Below, one piece after another: positions 15,804 to 25,773 of a DNA stretch of 64,000 bases. The DNA comes from Solirubrobacterales bacterium. Lineage in GTDB: Bacteria > Actinomycetota > Thermoleophilia > Solirubrobacterales > 70-9. The notes under the pieces are model-generated. The model did not search any database and was not told the origin of the DNA. It saw only the letters and a list, made by a program, of their open reading frames with translations. The stretch lies in NCBI GenBank assembly GCA_025936755.1, contig JAICSS010000003.1:44272-108271 (forward strand), given 5' to 3'. Each line of letters starts with the position of its first letter. Within the stretch, counting starts at the first letter, position 1. The position numbers were made by a program, and so were the translations under genes.

Positions 15804-17492
15804 CTATCCACCGACCCGACTGGGCGTCGCGGCGGGGTCGGTGCCCTCCTCGGCGGCGACCGCGAGCCAGCTCTCGGCCTCGCGCGAGCGCTGCCGCCGC
15901 CCCCAGCCCAGCTCGCCCCCGAGCGCGTCGGCGACCGGGCGCACCGCCTTCGCCGTGCGCAGCTGCGGGGCGGCGAGGATTCCCAGCCTGGTCCGGCGCA
16001 GGAGCACGTCGGCGACGCTGCGGGCCTGCTCGGCTCGCGCCGCCAGGACGACCTCGGCCAGCAGGTCGGGGCGGCCGGGGACGATCGGGCGGGCCAGCTT
16101 CGGGTCGGAGCGGGCGATCTCGAGCACCCGGCGAGCGGCGTGGCCGTAGCGGAAGGCCAGCTGCTCGACCGCCTCCTCCCCCACCCCGGCCGGCGCCTCG
16201 AGGTCATCCAGCCGCGCCTCCATCCCCAGCGGGATCTCGTGGGTGTGACAGGGAGCCTCGCGCCCCTCGCGCTCGACCAGGCGGTCGACCGTCTGCTTCG
16301 CCATCCGCCGCCAGGTGGTGAGCTTGCCGCCGGTGATCGTCAGCATCCCCGAGGAGGTCTCGTACAGCTCGGCTCTGCGGGAGATGTCGACCGACTTGCG
16401 CGGATCCCCGGTGGAGATCAGCGGCCGCACCCCCGCGTAGGCGCCGACCAGGTCGGACTCGCCGACCGCGGTCCCGAAGAACTCGTTCACCGCCTGCAGC
16501 AGGTAGGCGACGTCGTCCTCGGCCGGGCGGGGGTGGGCGATGTCGCCGTCGAAGTCGTTGTCGGTGGTGCCGACCAGGGTGCGCCCGTACCAGGGCAGCG
16601 AGAAGATCATCCGCCCCTCGCCGGCCGGGACGATGCAGGCGGCCTTGCCCATCGGCAGCTGCCCGGAGTCGATCAGGAGATGGGTGCCGCGGCTGGGCGC
16701 GATCCGCGGCACGTCCTCCTCCCCCAGCAGCTCCTCGGGCCGGACCCGGTCGGCGAAGACGCCGGTGGCGTTGACGACGTGGTCGGCGCCGACCTCCAGC
16801 CGTCCCCCCGAGGCCTCCTCGACGAAGGCGACGCCGACGGCTTTGCCGTCCTTCGCCAGCACCTCGGTCACCTCCGCCCCGTTCAGCATCACCGCCCCGA
16901 ACCGCTCGGCCTCGCCGAGGACGGTGAGGACGAGGCGGACGTCGTCGGTCTGGCAGTCGTAGAAGAGGTAGGCGTCGTGCGGTTCGCGCCGGACCAGCGC
17001 CGGCACCAGCTCCAGCACCTCGTCGCCGTCGATCGTGCGGTGGCGGTCGGGGGACCAGTAGTCGTCGTCCTCGACCTCGCTCGAGTGGCGCTGGCGCCGT
17101 CTGCGGCCGGCGCGGCTGGTCGCCATCACGTCGTACATGTTCAGCCCGAGGCCGAGTTTGCGGTCGCGGCGCTCCTCGCCGAGCGCGGCGACCAGGAATG
17201 GGGTCGGATAGACCAGGTGCGGAGCCAGGCGGACCATCAGCTGCCGCTCCAGGAGCGCCTCGCGGACGAGGCCGAGGTCGAAGTTCTGCAGGTAGCGGAG
17301 ACCGCCATGGACCATCTTCGAGGAGCGACTGGAGGTGCCGACCGCGTAGTCGCCGCGCTCCAGCAGGGCGACCGAGTAGCCGCGGGAGGCGGCGTCGAGG
17401 GCGACGCCGGCGCCGGTGATGCCGCCGCCGATCACCACCACCTCGAAGTGCCTGCCGGCGATCTCCTCGATGGCGCGGGCGCGGGTCAGCAT
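15804..17492 (-). CDS. glpD: FAD-dependent glycerol-3-phosphate dehydrogenase
   Basis: VVVIGGGITGAGVALDAASRG dinucleotide fold and SSRSSKMVHGGLRYL. 562 aa. Confidence 0.88.
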   Translation of the reverse strand: MLTRARAIEEIAGRHFEVVVIGGGITGAGVALDAASRGYSVALLERGDYAVGTSSRSSKMVHGGLRYLQNFDLGLVREALLERQLMVRLAPHLVYPTPFLVAALGEERRDRKLGLGLNMYDVMATSRAGRRRRQRHSSEVEDDDYWSPDRHRTIDGDEVLELVPALVRREPHDAYLFYDCQTDDVRLVLTVLGEAERFGAVMLNGAEVTEVLAKDGKAVGVAFVEEASGGRLEVGADHVVNATGVFADRVRPEELLGEEDVPRIAPSRGTHLLIDSGQLPMGKAACIVPAGEGRMIFSLPWYGRTLVGTTDNDFDGDIAHPRPAEDDVAYLLQAVNEFFGTAVGESDLVGAYAGVRPLISTGDPRKSVDISRRAELYETSSGMLTITGGKLTTWRRMAKQTVDRLVEREGREAPCHTHEIPLGMEARLDDLEAPAGVGEEAVEQLAFRYGHAARRVLEIARSDPKLARPIVPGRPDLLAEVVLAARAEQARSVADVLLRRTRLGILAAPQLRTAKAVRPVADALGGELGWGRRQRSREAESWLAVAAEEGTDPAATPSRVGG

Positions 17493-18001
17493 CAGTCGAG
17501 GTAGGTGGTGGTCCGGTCGGCGCCGGGACGCTCGGGCGGCGGCTTCTCCTGGCGCGGGTGGCCGAGGTGCAGCAGGCCGACGAAGCGCTCCTCCTCGGGC
17601 AGGCCGACGGCGGCGCGGCCCTCGGCGCCGCGGAGGATGCCGGGGGTGCGCCAGTAGCCGGCGAAGCCGCGGGCGTGGGCGGCCAGCAGGACGATGTAGG
17701 AGGCGGCGGCGGTCGCGTGCAGGTCCTCTTCCTCCTCGACCGGGTCGCCGCTGAGGACGCAGGAGACGACGACAAGGGTCGGGGCGCGGTCGAGCTTCGC
17801 GGCCCCCTCGGGCCCGGCGACCTCCTTCAGCCGCCGCAGCGTCTCCGGCCCGATCACCCGGAAGCGCCAGGGGACGGTGAGGTTGTGGTTCGGCGCCCAG
17901 CTCGCCAGCTCCAGCAGCTCGTCGACCTCCGCCCGCGGCAGCGGCTCCGGGCCGAAGGCCTTGTGGGTGCGGCGGGTGCGGATCGCGGTCTCGACGTCCA
18001 T
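17492..18001 (-). CDS. Nitroreductase-family protein
   Basis: N-terminal IRTRRTHKAF and WAPNHNLTVPWRF match the nitroreductase-fold pattern. Confidence 0.75.
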   Translation of the reverse strand: MDVETAIRTRRTHKAFGPEPLPRAEVDELLELASWAPNHNLTVPWRFRVIGPETLRRLKEVAGPEGAAKLDRAPTLVVVSCVLSGDPVEEEEDLHATAAASYIVLLAAHARGFAGYWRTPGILRGAEGRAAVGLPEEERFVGLLHLGHPRQEKPPPERPGADRTTTYLD

Positions 18002-18044
18002 CGGTCGAGGGTATAGCGAGGGTCTCGCGGAGGAGATCCGCGGC

Positions 18045-20060
18045 TCAGAAACCGTAGCGCCAGCGCATCCAGCCGCGGCGGCCGGCGAGGCCGGCGCCGA
18101 AGAGGACGCAGCCGGCGAGGAGGCCGAGGAGGACCGCCCCGGCGATGCTGCTGCCGGAGTCGCTTTCGCTGGTCGCCGCGGCCGGCTCGCCCGACGCCTG
18201 TGCGCCCGCGGGGCCGGGGACGGCGCCGAGATCGCCCTCGGGCACCGCGCCGCCGGTGGCGGGGGCTTTGGGATGCGTTCCCGCCCCCGCGTCCGCGCTG
18301 CCCCCCGAGGAGGACGGTTTCCCGGCAGGAGCTCCCGACGCGCCTTCGAAGAATCGCTTCAGGTCCGAGGCGGAAGGCGGCACCGAGCCCGAGCTCGACG
18401 GCGGCAGGTCGAGCGACGGCGAGACGCCGCCGGCGTCCGAGGAGCTCGAGCTCGCTTTCGGCTGCTTCGGCTTCGGAGCCCGCGGCGGCGGGGCGACCGG
18501 GTAGTACTTGCCGGCGGCGGCGACCAGGACCTGGCCGGTGACCCAGACCGGCGTCTGGTTGGCGACCTCCGAGGCGGTCTGGTCGGGGTTGGCGTAGCGG
18601 TAGGAGCCGTCTTCGCGCTGGTTGCGGGCGAGGTACTCGGGGGCGCTGACGCTGCCGCGCCGGAAGGAGTCGGGGTTGCCGCCGGCGGCGAGGATGCCCT
18701 GGATCGCCCAGGCCGTGGACATCGTGTTGACGGTGCCGTTGCCGCCGAGCGGGAAGCCGCCGCCCTTCTGCTGGGCCTGGTGGCGCAGGTAGAAGAGGCC
18801 GTGGCCGGCCGCTTTGGAGTCCGGAGAGAGGGCCTGCATGACGGCGCCGGTGCCGTCGGTGGTGCTGGGCGAGCCGGGGGTGTCGCCCCAGCCGCCGTCT
18901 TCGTTCTGGACCTTGCGCAGCCAGTCGAGGGACTTCTGCACGCCCTGGATCCCGGCGGCCCGCAGGGCGATCACGGCGAAGGCGGTCGAGTTCGGCCAGC
19001 CGTGGTAGGAGCCGTTGTCGCGCTGGCTCGCCAGCAGCTCGGCGACCAGGTTGTGGCCGGCGAAGTTGCGCGGGTCAACGCCCGCCCCCTCGAGCGCGAG
19101 GATCGTCCGGGCGAGGTCCCCGGGGCTGCCGATGGAGCCGATTTCCCGGCGCAGGAAGTCGACCGGCGTCCGTCCTTTTGCCGAGGCGACGTCGAGCGGG
19201 TTGCGGCCGGCGGCCTCGAGTCCCAGCATCACCCAGCAGCTGGTCGCGGTCCCGGATTCGTCGCTTGCCGAGGGACCGAAGCCGCCATCGCCGTTCTGCA
19301 CCGATTCGAGCCAGTCGGCGGCGTGGCCGACGGAGGAGGCGCGGGCCGGCGTGGGCGCCGCCGCGACGAGGGCGACGAGCAGCAGGGCGGCGACACCGCC
19401 GCTGCGGAGCGCGCCGCCGCGGGGCCCCTGGCGTCGCGGCGGGGCGGCGGCGGGACCCCCGCGCTCCCATTCGAAGCGCTGGCGGAAGCGCATCAGCATC
19501 CTCACCATCGCCGGGCCGGCGACCAGGGCGAGGACGACGTTGGCGGTCGCGTGGGCGATTTCGAACGGGATCGCCCGTGCCTCGAGCACGAGGAAGTGCC
19601 GCCACGTTAGGTCCCCGCCGTACGTCGCCATCAGCGAGAAGTTCAGCAGAGCCCCGTACAAAATGCCAGCAAACCCGCAGGTTGCCGCGAGGGCGTAGCG
19701 GCTGGCGTTGCGCCCTCCCAGGGCCAGGACCGCGCCGAGAACGCCGCATAACCCCCATCCCGCCATCTGCCACGGCGTCCACGGGCCCTGGCCGAAGAAG
19801 AAGTTGGAGACGAGGGCGGTGAGGGCGCCGACGGCGAAGCCGGGGGCGCCGCCGAGGGCGTAGCCGGCGAAGATGACGATGTCGGTCGTCGGCTTCATGT
19901 TGGGGAAGGCGGCGAAGGCGATGCGGCCGGCGATCGCCAGGGCCGCCAGGGCGGCGACCAGGGCCACCACCTGCGCCGGCGGCCGCGAGCGCTCGTACCA
20001 GGCGAAGCCGGCGAGGACGACCAGGCCGACGCCGAGGAAGCTGGCGACCTCCCAGGTCAC
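18045..20060 (-). CDS. ECF-transporter S-component fused to an extracytoplasmic prenyltransferase/terpene-cyclase-like alpha-toroid repeat domain, with a C-terminal TM anchor
   Basis: N-terminal about 200 aa are polytopic (NMKPTTDIVIFAGYALG, SNFFFGQGPWTPWQMAGWG). Repeats follow: QNGDGGFG, QRDNGSYHGW, QNEDGGWG, QKGGGFPLG, QREDGSYRY. Then a Pro/Ser linker and a final TM helix. Confidence 0.7.
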   Translation of the reverse strand: MTWEVASFLGVGLVVLAGFAWYERSRPPAQVVALVAALAALAIAGRIAFAAFPNMKPTTDIVIFAGYALGGAPGFAVGALTALVSNFFFGQGPWTPWQMAGWGLCGVLGAVLALGGRNASRYALAATCGFAGILYGALLNFSLMATYGGDLTWRHFLVLEARAIPFEIAHATANVVLALVAGPAMVRMLMRFRQRFEWERGGPAAAPPRRQGPRGGALRSGGVAALLLVALVAAAPTPARASSVGHAADWLESVQNGDGGFGPSASDESGTATSCWVMLGLEAAGRNPLDVASAKGRTPVDFLRREIGSIGSPGDLARTILALEGAGVDPRNFAGHNLVAELLASQRDNGSYHGWPNSTAFAVIALRAAGIQGVQKSLDWLRKVQNEDGGWGDTPGSPSTTDGTGAVMQALSPDSKAAGHGLFYLRHQAQQKGGGFPLGGNGTVNTMSTAWAIQGILAAGGNPDSFRRGSVSAPEYLARNQREDGSYRYANPDQTASEVANQTPVWVTGQVLVAAAGKYYPVAPPPRAPKPKQPKASSSSSDAGGVSPSLDLPPSSSGSVPPSASDLKRFFEGASGAPAGKPSSSGGSADAGAGTHPKAPATGGAVPEGDLGAVPGPAGAQASGEPAAATSESDSGSSIAGAVLLGLLAGCVLFGAGLAGRRGWMRWRYGF

Positions 20061-21685
20061 GGCCCTGCCTCCCGCAGCGCCACGGCCCCCTGCTCGGGGG
20101 TGACGACCCCCGGCAGGTCGAGCACCCGCGCCACCTCGGTGGCGAAGTACCAGCCGCCGGAGAGGACTTCCGCCATCGGCCCGTCGGCGATGACGACGCC
20201 GTCGCCGAGCAGGATCACGCGCTCGGCGAACTCGGAGGCGAACTCGACGTCGTGGGTGGCGACGACGACCGCCGCGCCCCGCGTTGCCAGGTCTTCGACC
20301 AGGCGGACGAGCTCGCCTTTGCGCACGTGGTCCATGCCGCGGGTCGGCTCGTCGAGGGCGACGAGGCCGGGCAGGTCCTTGCCTTCCATCCGCCCGGCCA
20401 GGGCGATCGCCAGGGCCAGTCGCTGCCGCTCGCCGCCGGAGAGGTCGCGAGGGTCGGCGTCCGTCGCGTGCTCCAGGCCGACGGTCCGCAGCGCCGCCAG
20501 ACCCTCTTCGCCCGGTAGCTCGTCCGCTACGCGCTCGCGGACCAGGTAGTCGCTGGGGTTCTGGGTGAGCAAGGCGATGGAGTCGACCGAGAGCTTTCCC
20601 GCAACCGGCTCGTGCAGCCCGGCGGCAGTTCGCAGCAGCGTGCTCTTGCCGGCGCCGTTGCGGCCCATCAGGGCAACTCGTTCGCCTCGACGCACCGTCA
20701 GCTCCACGCCCTTCAGCACATCCCGCGGATCTTCACCGCGATCCAGCTCCACCCACAGGCCCTTCGCCTGAAGAACCGGGTCCTGGGGATGGGGGTCGCA
20801 CTCCCTCCTACTCGATCGATTGGGAGGGTGTGCGACCCCCATCCCTCGCAGCGTTTGCCTCGCATCGCGGACGCCGATCGGGAGCGGATCGATTCCGGCC
20901 AGGGAGAAGAGGCGGGCAGCTGGAGTCTCCAGAGCAGGATCCGAGTCGCAAGCCCAGGCGAGGAACTCCGCGGGGGCGCCGTCGAAGGAAAGCCGTCCCG
21001 CTTCCATGGCGATGACTCGATCCGCCGCTGCGAGACAGCGCTCCAAACGATGTTCGGCGAGAAGCACCGCAACCCCCCACTCCTCGTTGAGGCGCCTCAA
21101 GAGCCAGATCAGCTCATCGCCGGCGACTGGATCGAGTTGGGACGTTGGCTCGTCGAGGAGGATCAGGCGGGGGCGGGTGACGAGAGCGGCGGCTAGGGCA
21201 ACGCGTTGGAGCTCCCCTCCCGAGAGGGTGTCGACGGTGCGGTCGAGGAGGTGTGGGATCGCGAGGGCGAGGGCGACCTCCTCGACGGCGCGGGCGCGGT
21301 CTGCGGGGGCGTCGCCTCGCATCTCCAGCGGCAGCTCGATCTCGGCGGCGACGGTGGTCGAGACGACCTGGGTCTCGGGATCCTGGGCGAGGTAGCCGAC
21401 GGCCGCGGCCAGCTCTCCGGGACCGGCGACGACCGCATCGAGGTCGGCGACGCTGACCTCGCCTTCGATCTCGCCGCCGTGGAAGTGCGGGACGAGGCCG
21501 CAGGCGGCCTTCAGCAGGGTCGACTTGCTCGAGGCCGAGCGGCCGGCGAGGAGGACGAACTCTCCGGGCGCCACCTCGAGCGAGACGTCTTCGAGCGCCG
21601 GTTGCGTCGATTGCGGGTAGGCGTAGCTCAAGCCGCGTACCGCCAGCGCCGGCGCCACCCCCCGCCTGATCGCCAGCTCAGACAC
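20057..21685 (-). CDS. ECF transporter fused double ATPase (EcfA1-EcfA2)
   Basis: Two ABC cassettes: GRSASSKST with LSGGELQR, and GRNGAGKST with LSGGERQR. Confidence 0.88.
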   Translation of the reverse strand: MSELAIRRGVAPALAVRGLSYAYPQSTQPALEDVSLEVAPGEFVLLAGRSASSKSTLLKAACGLVPHFHGGEIEGEVSVADLDAVVAGPGELAAAVGYLAQDPETQVVSTTVAAEIELPLEMRGDAPADRARAVEEVALALAIPHLLDRTVDTLSGGELQRVALAAALVTRPRLILLDEPTSQLDPVAGDELIWLLRRLNEEWGVAVLLAEHRLERCLAAADRVIAMEAGRLSFDGAPAEFLAWACDSDPALETPAARLFSLAGIDPLPIGVRDARQTLRGMGVAHPPNRSSRRECDPHPQDPVLQAKGLWVELDRGEDPRDVLKGVELTVRRGERVALMGRNGAGKSTLLRTAAGLHEPVAGKLSVDSIALLTQNPSDYLVRERVADELPGEEGLAALRTVGLEHATDADPRDLSGGERQRLALAIALAGRMEGKDLPGLVALDEPTRGMDHVRKGELVRLVEDLATRGAAVVVATHDVEFASEFAERVILLGDGVVIADGPMAEVLSGGWYFATEVARVLDLPGVVTPEQGAVALREAGP

Positions 21686-22607
21686 GTGCCGCCTCCGGGT
21701 GTCGATTTGCTCTCGTTATACGAGAGGAAGGCGACACTCGACTTCGCCGTCGGAGTGGGGCAAGCCCGCTGAGGGCGACTAGGACGCTGAGGGCGAGGGT
21801 TGCGCCGCCGAGGCCGATCTCTACGGCGGGGTAGGTCTGGAAGTCGTCGGCGCCGAGGGCCTTGCCGGCGATCGCGGCGGCGAGGACGAGGGCGGCGACG
21901 GCGTAGAAGCGGCGGTCGTAGCGGGAGCGGGCACGGCGGTTGCGGGCAGGCGGGGCGTCGAGGCTGTAGCCGCGGAGCTCGAGGGTGGCGGCGACGTCGA
22001 CGGCGCGGTCGAGGGAGCCGGCGAGGAGGCGCCGGGCCAGCGGGCCCCTGCCGACCGCCGCGGCGCCGGGGCCGCGGAGGCGGGCGGCGTCGCGGAGGCG
22101 GGCGGCGTCGGCGGCGGCGACCGGGACGAGGCGGGAGACCAGCGTCGCCGTCAGGGCCGAGCGGCCGGCCAGCGGCCGCAGCGCCCGCAGCACCCGGTCG
22201 GGGTCGACGCAGGCCGAGTAGACGGCGGCGGCGACGATCGCCACCGCGGCGCGGAGTCCGCCGGAGAGGCCGGCGACGATCGCCTCGAGGGTGACGTCGA
22301 CGCGGCCGAACAGCGGCCAGTCCCCGAGCCGCGCCAGCACGGTCTCGCCGCGGTCGACGACGAGGGCGTTGACGACGACGATCAGCAGCGCCAGGGAGAA
22401 ACCCATCTTCAGGGCGAGCCAGACGGAGCGGCGCGCCCCGCAGAGGAGGCCGGCCACGGTGGCGGCGATCCCGGCCGCGACCAGGACCAGCGGGTTCGAG
22501 TAGAGGAAGGCGACGGCGACGATCGCGCCGAGGTAGGCGACGGCGGCGCCCGGCGAGGCGAGCTGCAGGGGGCGCGGGCGCGGCTGGTAGGCGAAGTGGG
22601 ATTTCAT
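21678..22607 (-). CDS. ECF transporter transmembrane component (EcfT/CbiQ family)
   Basis: Polytopic protein with coupling-helix type motifs AARLRG and TLELRGY. ATG at 22605-22607 forms an ATGA overlap with the upstream stop. Confidence 0.78.
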   Translation of the reverse strand: MKSHFAYQPRPRPLQLASPGAAVAYLGAIVAVAFLYSNPLVLVAAGIAATVAGLLCGARRSVWLALKMGFSLALLIVVVNALVVDRGETVLARLGDWPLFGRVDVTLEAIVAGLSGGLRAAVAIVAAAVYSACVDPDRVLRALRPLAGRSALTATLVSRLVPVAAADAARLRDAARLRGPGAAAVGRGPLARRLLAGSLDRAVDVAATLELRGYSLDAPPARNRRARSRYDRRFYAVAALVLAAAIAGKALGADDFQTYPAVEIGLGGATLALSVLVALSGLAPLRRRSRVSPSSRITRANRHPEAARV

Positions 22608-23524
22608 CGCGTCCGCAGCGGCAAAGTCGTCGTCTTCCCGTCCTCGATCGCCACCGCGTAATGGTCGCGCAGGTGCCCGGCGTCCAGAGCACCGGCGGCG
22701 GCCCGCACCGCCGCCGCCGTGCCGCCGGTGACGACCCAGACGGGTAGGCCGCCGTAGCGGCTGGTCGCGGCGACGAGACCCGCGTCCGGGCCAAGGCTTT
22801 CGGCCCGATTCCCCGCTTCGTCGAGCGCCGCGAGTTCGTACCCCCCTTCGCCGGGTTCGAAGTCCGCAAAGACGCCGCTTTCGGCCGGGCCCGCCTCGAC
22901 GGTCCGGGCGGCGGGGTCCTCTCGCACCTGCTCCCAGGGGCCGACCAGGATCCGGATCGCCCTCTCGGGTTCGCCCGAGGCGACCTTCACGCCTTCGCGC
23001 TCGAGCGCTTCGCGCACTTCGCCGCAGGCCGCCCCCACGCCCTCGCACCGCACCGCCACCGGATACCGCTTCCCCTCGATCCCGTCGCTGAACGGAGCCG
23101 GCCAGGAGCCGACGACCGCCGGCACGTGGTTCGTCGCCGACCAGTTGCGGTAGTCCCACCAGATCCGCTCGCCGCCCTCGACCTCGGACTCGGCGGCGCC
23201 GACCGGGGACTCGACGCCGTCGACGTAGAAGAACCAGTCGTAGGGGTCGCCGTCGCGCTGCCCCTCCGCCACCCCGTCGATCGAGTGGACGTAGCCGCCG
23301 CCGTAGCGGGTGCCGATCTCGGCCTCGCCTTCCAGCACCCGCATCACCGTGTCGGATTCGTTCGCCCCGACCGCGCTGCTCAGGACCGGCACGGCGCCGT
23401 ATTCGCGCGTCACCGTCAGCTGCACGTCGCCGACGCCGGCGCCGGGACCGAGGCCGCAGCCGGCGGTCGCGAGCGCCGCGCAGAGCAGCGCGCCCACGAC
23501 CGCCGTGCCGCGGCGATGCCTCAC
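22604..23524 (-). CDS. Lipoprotein with a DUF4430 (transcobalamin-like C-terminal) domain
   Basis: Lipobox LATAGCG. DUF4430 hallmark YVHSIDGV...DWFFYVDGVESPVGAAESEVEGGERIWWDY. Confidence 0.7.
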   Translation of the reverse strand: MRHRRGTAVVGALLCAALATAGCGLGPGAGVGDVQLTVTREYGAVPVLSSAVGANESDTVMRVLEGEAEIGTRYGGGYVHSIDGVAEGQRDGDPYDWFFYVDGVESPVGAAESEVEGGERIWWDYRNWSATNHVPAVVGSWPAPFSDGIEGKRYPVAVRCEGVGAACGEVREALEREGVKVASGEPERAIRILVGPWEQVREDPAARTVEAGPAESGVFADFEPGEGGYELAALDEAGNRAESLGPDAGLVAATSRYGGLPVWVVTGGTAAAVRAAAGALDAGHLRDHYAVAIEDGKTTTLPLRTR

Positions 23525-24276
23525 TTAGGGCACTTGCCCCCGACGCAGACCGCCTCCCGGGCCGAGGGGATCTCCCCGGTCGCGCGGGCGATCAGCTTCG
23601 CCGGCCTGGACAGCGTCACCGTGGTGCGGCCGTCGGCGCCGGTCGGCTGCGCCGCCCCGGTCACCTTCGCCCCGGCCTGCGGGCTCTTGCGGCCCTTGCC
23701 GTCGTAGGCCCAGACGCGGACCGTGAAGGAGGCCCCCGTCTTGACCGTGTGCGGCGCGGTCAGCACCAGCTCGTCCGGATATTCGAAGTCCGGCGCTTCG
23801 GTCTTCGCCAGCGCCCACAGCACTTCGTCCCCGGCCTTGATCTTCGCCACCTCGCCGCCTACCTGCAGCGACTTGTGGTTGATCTTCAGGTACCAGGAGG
23901 AGCTCCCCCTGGCGACGCTCGACCCGATCCCGCAGAGCGCGAGGCCGAAGTCGAAGTGGTCGCTGATCGAGAGCGGCCGCAGGGCCGGGATCGTCCTCGC
24001 GCCGCTGGCGAGCAGGCCCATCGCCGTGTTGCCCTTCAGCTGCACGGCTTCGCCGCTGCCGCCGGTGCCCGGCCCGAAGCAGGTCGCCTTGGGGCTGGTC
24101 TTGACGGAGACGTTGGCGCTCGCGACCGTCTTTTCGGCCAGCACTTTGCCGCCGGCGCCGACCACGCGCAGATCGGCTCGCAGGCCCTTGGCCGCAGCTC
24201 CCGCGGCGAAGGCGAACGTCAGGGACAGAGCCAGCGCGCAGACGGCCGCCAGCCGGAACGGGGTGATTCTTGGCAT
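23521..24276 (-). CDS. Secreted DUF4430-domain protein with a C-terminal Ig-like domain
   Basis: Signal peptide. SWYLKINHKSLQVGGEVAKIKAGDEVLWAL, followed by a beta-rich domain (FTVRVWAYDGKG). Confidence 0.62.
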   Translation of the reverse strand: MPRITPFRLAAVCALALSLTFAFAAGAAAKGLRADLRVVGAGGKVLAEKTVASANVSVKTSPKATCFGPGTGGSGEAVQLKGNTAMGLLASGARTIPALRPLSISDHFDFGLALCGIGSSVARGSSSWYLKINHKSLQVGGEVAKIKAGDEVLWALAKTEAPDFEYPDELVLTAPHTVKTGASFTVRVWAYDGKGRKSPQAGAKVTGAAQPTGADGRTTVTLSRPAKLIARATGEIPSAREAVCVGGKCPK

Positions 24277-24299
24277 TTACGCCACCCTTTCCTCGAGGG

Positions 24300-24475
24300 T
24301 TGATTTGGCTGGGCCGGGGACAGGTCTCCTGGCTTCCGGGATCAGGGAGGACGCGCCTTCCCGGGGACGAGGTGTCGCCCCCAGTGGCTGACGCGAAAGC
24401 GCCCGCGAACTCCTCCACCCGGTCACAGTGGCGGGACCACGCCGGACTTGCACCGGACTTCCCTTGACCACCGAC
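24300..24475 (-). promoter_or_regulatory. Cobalamin (B12) riboswitch
   Basis: Minus strand reads GGTGGTCAAGGGAAGTCCGGTGCAAGTCCGGCGTGGTCCCGCCACTGTGACC ... GAAGCCAGGAGACCTGTC (B12 box). It lies directly upstream of the first DUF4430 gene. Confidence 0.8.
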
Positions 24476-24551
24476 CGATATGTACGCGGCGAGTCTACCG
24501 TCGCCGCGGGTTTTGGCGCCGGGGCTCCCGGCGCCGCTCTGACCGCGGCCG

Positions 24552-24902
24552 TCAGACCCGCGCCGGGAGCCTCTCCGCGTACATCCGCCAGAAGAAGACC
24601 CCCGCCCCGCCGGAGCCGGCGAGGACCGAGAGCGCGGGGACGATCAGTTCGACGGGACCGCTGAGGAGGGCGACGGTCAGTGTAAACACGGCCATCGTCG
24701 CCACCAGGACCAGGATTGCGAGCACCGTGACGAAGCCCTTCCGCACCCAGCCGAAGCTCCGGCGTTCCTCCTGCGCCATCCGCAGTTCCTCGCGCTGGTG
24801 CTCGAGCTCGATCTCCTCCGGCGTCCGCAGGTCCGAAGCGTTCGCCGGCAGATCCTCGAAGCTGCGACGAACTCTATTGTGCAAATTCCCCTGATCGTCC
24901 AC
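24552..24902 (-). CDS. Hypothetical small membrane protein
   Basis: Tail of a longer track ORF. GTG at 24900-24902. Two hydrophobic helices (FVTVLAILVLVATMAVFTLTVALL and LIVPALSVLAGSG). Confidence 0.4.
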   Translation of the reverse strand: MDDQGNLHNRVRRSFEDLPANASDLRTPEEIELEHQREELRMAQEERRSFGWVRKGFVTVLAILVLVATMAVFTLTVALLSGPVELIVPALSVLAGSGGAGVFFWRMYAERLPARV

Positions 24903-24970
24903 CCGGGATGAAGGTAGTTCGCGGCCCGGAGTCTTGTCAAGGAATGGACCGGTTCCAGCCGTGGCGGATC

Positions 24971-25714
24971 TCAGACGGCCAGCAGCAGGTCGAGGGCCAT
25001 CATCGCCGCCGTCCCGATCGCGATCCCCAGCGTCGGCCCCCGCCAGCGCCGCCGCTCCCCGTATGCCTGCGGCAGCAACTCGACCGCGATCAGGCTCAAC
25101 ATCGCCCCCGCCGCGAAGGCGAAGGAGAAGGGCAGCAGCGCGTTGACCTCCGCCACCGCGAGGTAGGCGATCACCGCCCCCACCGGCTGCGGGGCGCTGG
25201 TCCCCACCGCCGCCCAGAACTGCCGCGCCCGCCCGTAGCCGGTCGCCTCCATCGGGATCGCGACGCTGGTCCCCTCGGGGACGTTCTGGATCGCGATCGC
25301 GAGGATCACGAACAGCCCCAGGCCCGCCCGTTCGGAGGCGTACGCGGTGCCGACCGCGAGCCCCTCCGGCAGGCTGTGGACGAAGAGGACGGCGAAGACC
25401 AGCGCCGAGGTCCGCGCCCCCGGCCCGCTCCGCCCCATGAAGACGGACTCGTGGTCGAGCCGGCTGCGCGCCACCCCCAGCAACACGCCGCCCAGGGCCA
25501 GGCCGGCGACCAGGTCGAGGGCGGAGCCTTCTTCCGCGGCCGGGATCAGCAGCCCGGCGACCGAGGCCACCCCCATCACCCCGGCGGCCAGCCCGAGCAG
25601 GAACGGGGTCAGCGCCGCCGCGCGGGTGCCGAGGAACCAGACCGGGATCGCGCCGAGGCCGGTCGCCAGCGCGGTGCCGCAGGCGGCGAGGAAGAGGACG
25701 AGGAGGTCGGGCAC
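24971..25714 (-). CDS. ZIP-family divalent metal transporter (ZupT-like)
   Basis: Eight-TM pattern with HSLPEGLAVG and IAIQNVPEG motifs. Confidence 0.85.
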   Translation of the reverse strand: MPDLLVLFLAACGTALATGLGAIPVWFLGTRAAALTPFLLGLAAGVMGVASVAGLLIPAAEEGSALDLVAGLALGGVLLGVARSRLDHESVFMGRSGPGARTSALVFAVLFVHSLPEGLAVGTAYASERAGLGLFVILAIAIQNVPEGTSVAIPMEATGYGRARQFWAAVGTSAPQPVGAVIAYLAVAEVNALLPFSFAFAAGAMLSLIAVELLPQAYGERRRWRGPTLGIAIGTAAMMALDLLLAV

Positions 25715-25773
25715 CTCCCCTCACGCTATTCGTCGCCGAGGAGGCGAAGCCGGGCTTCGGGCCCTGGTCCCTC

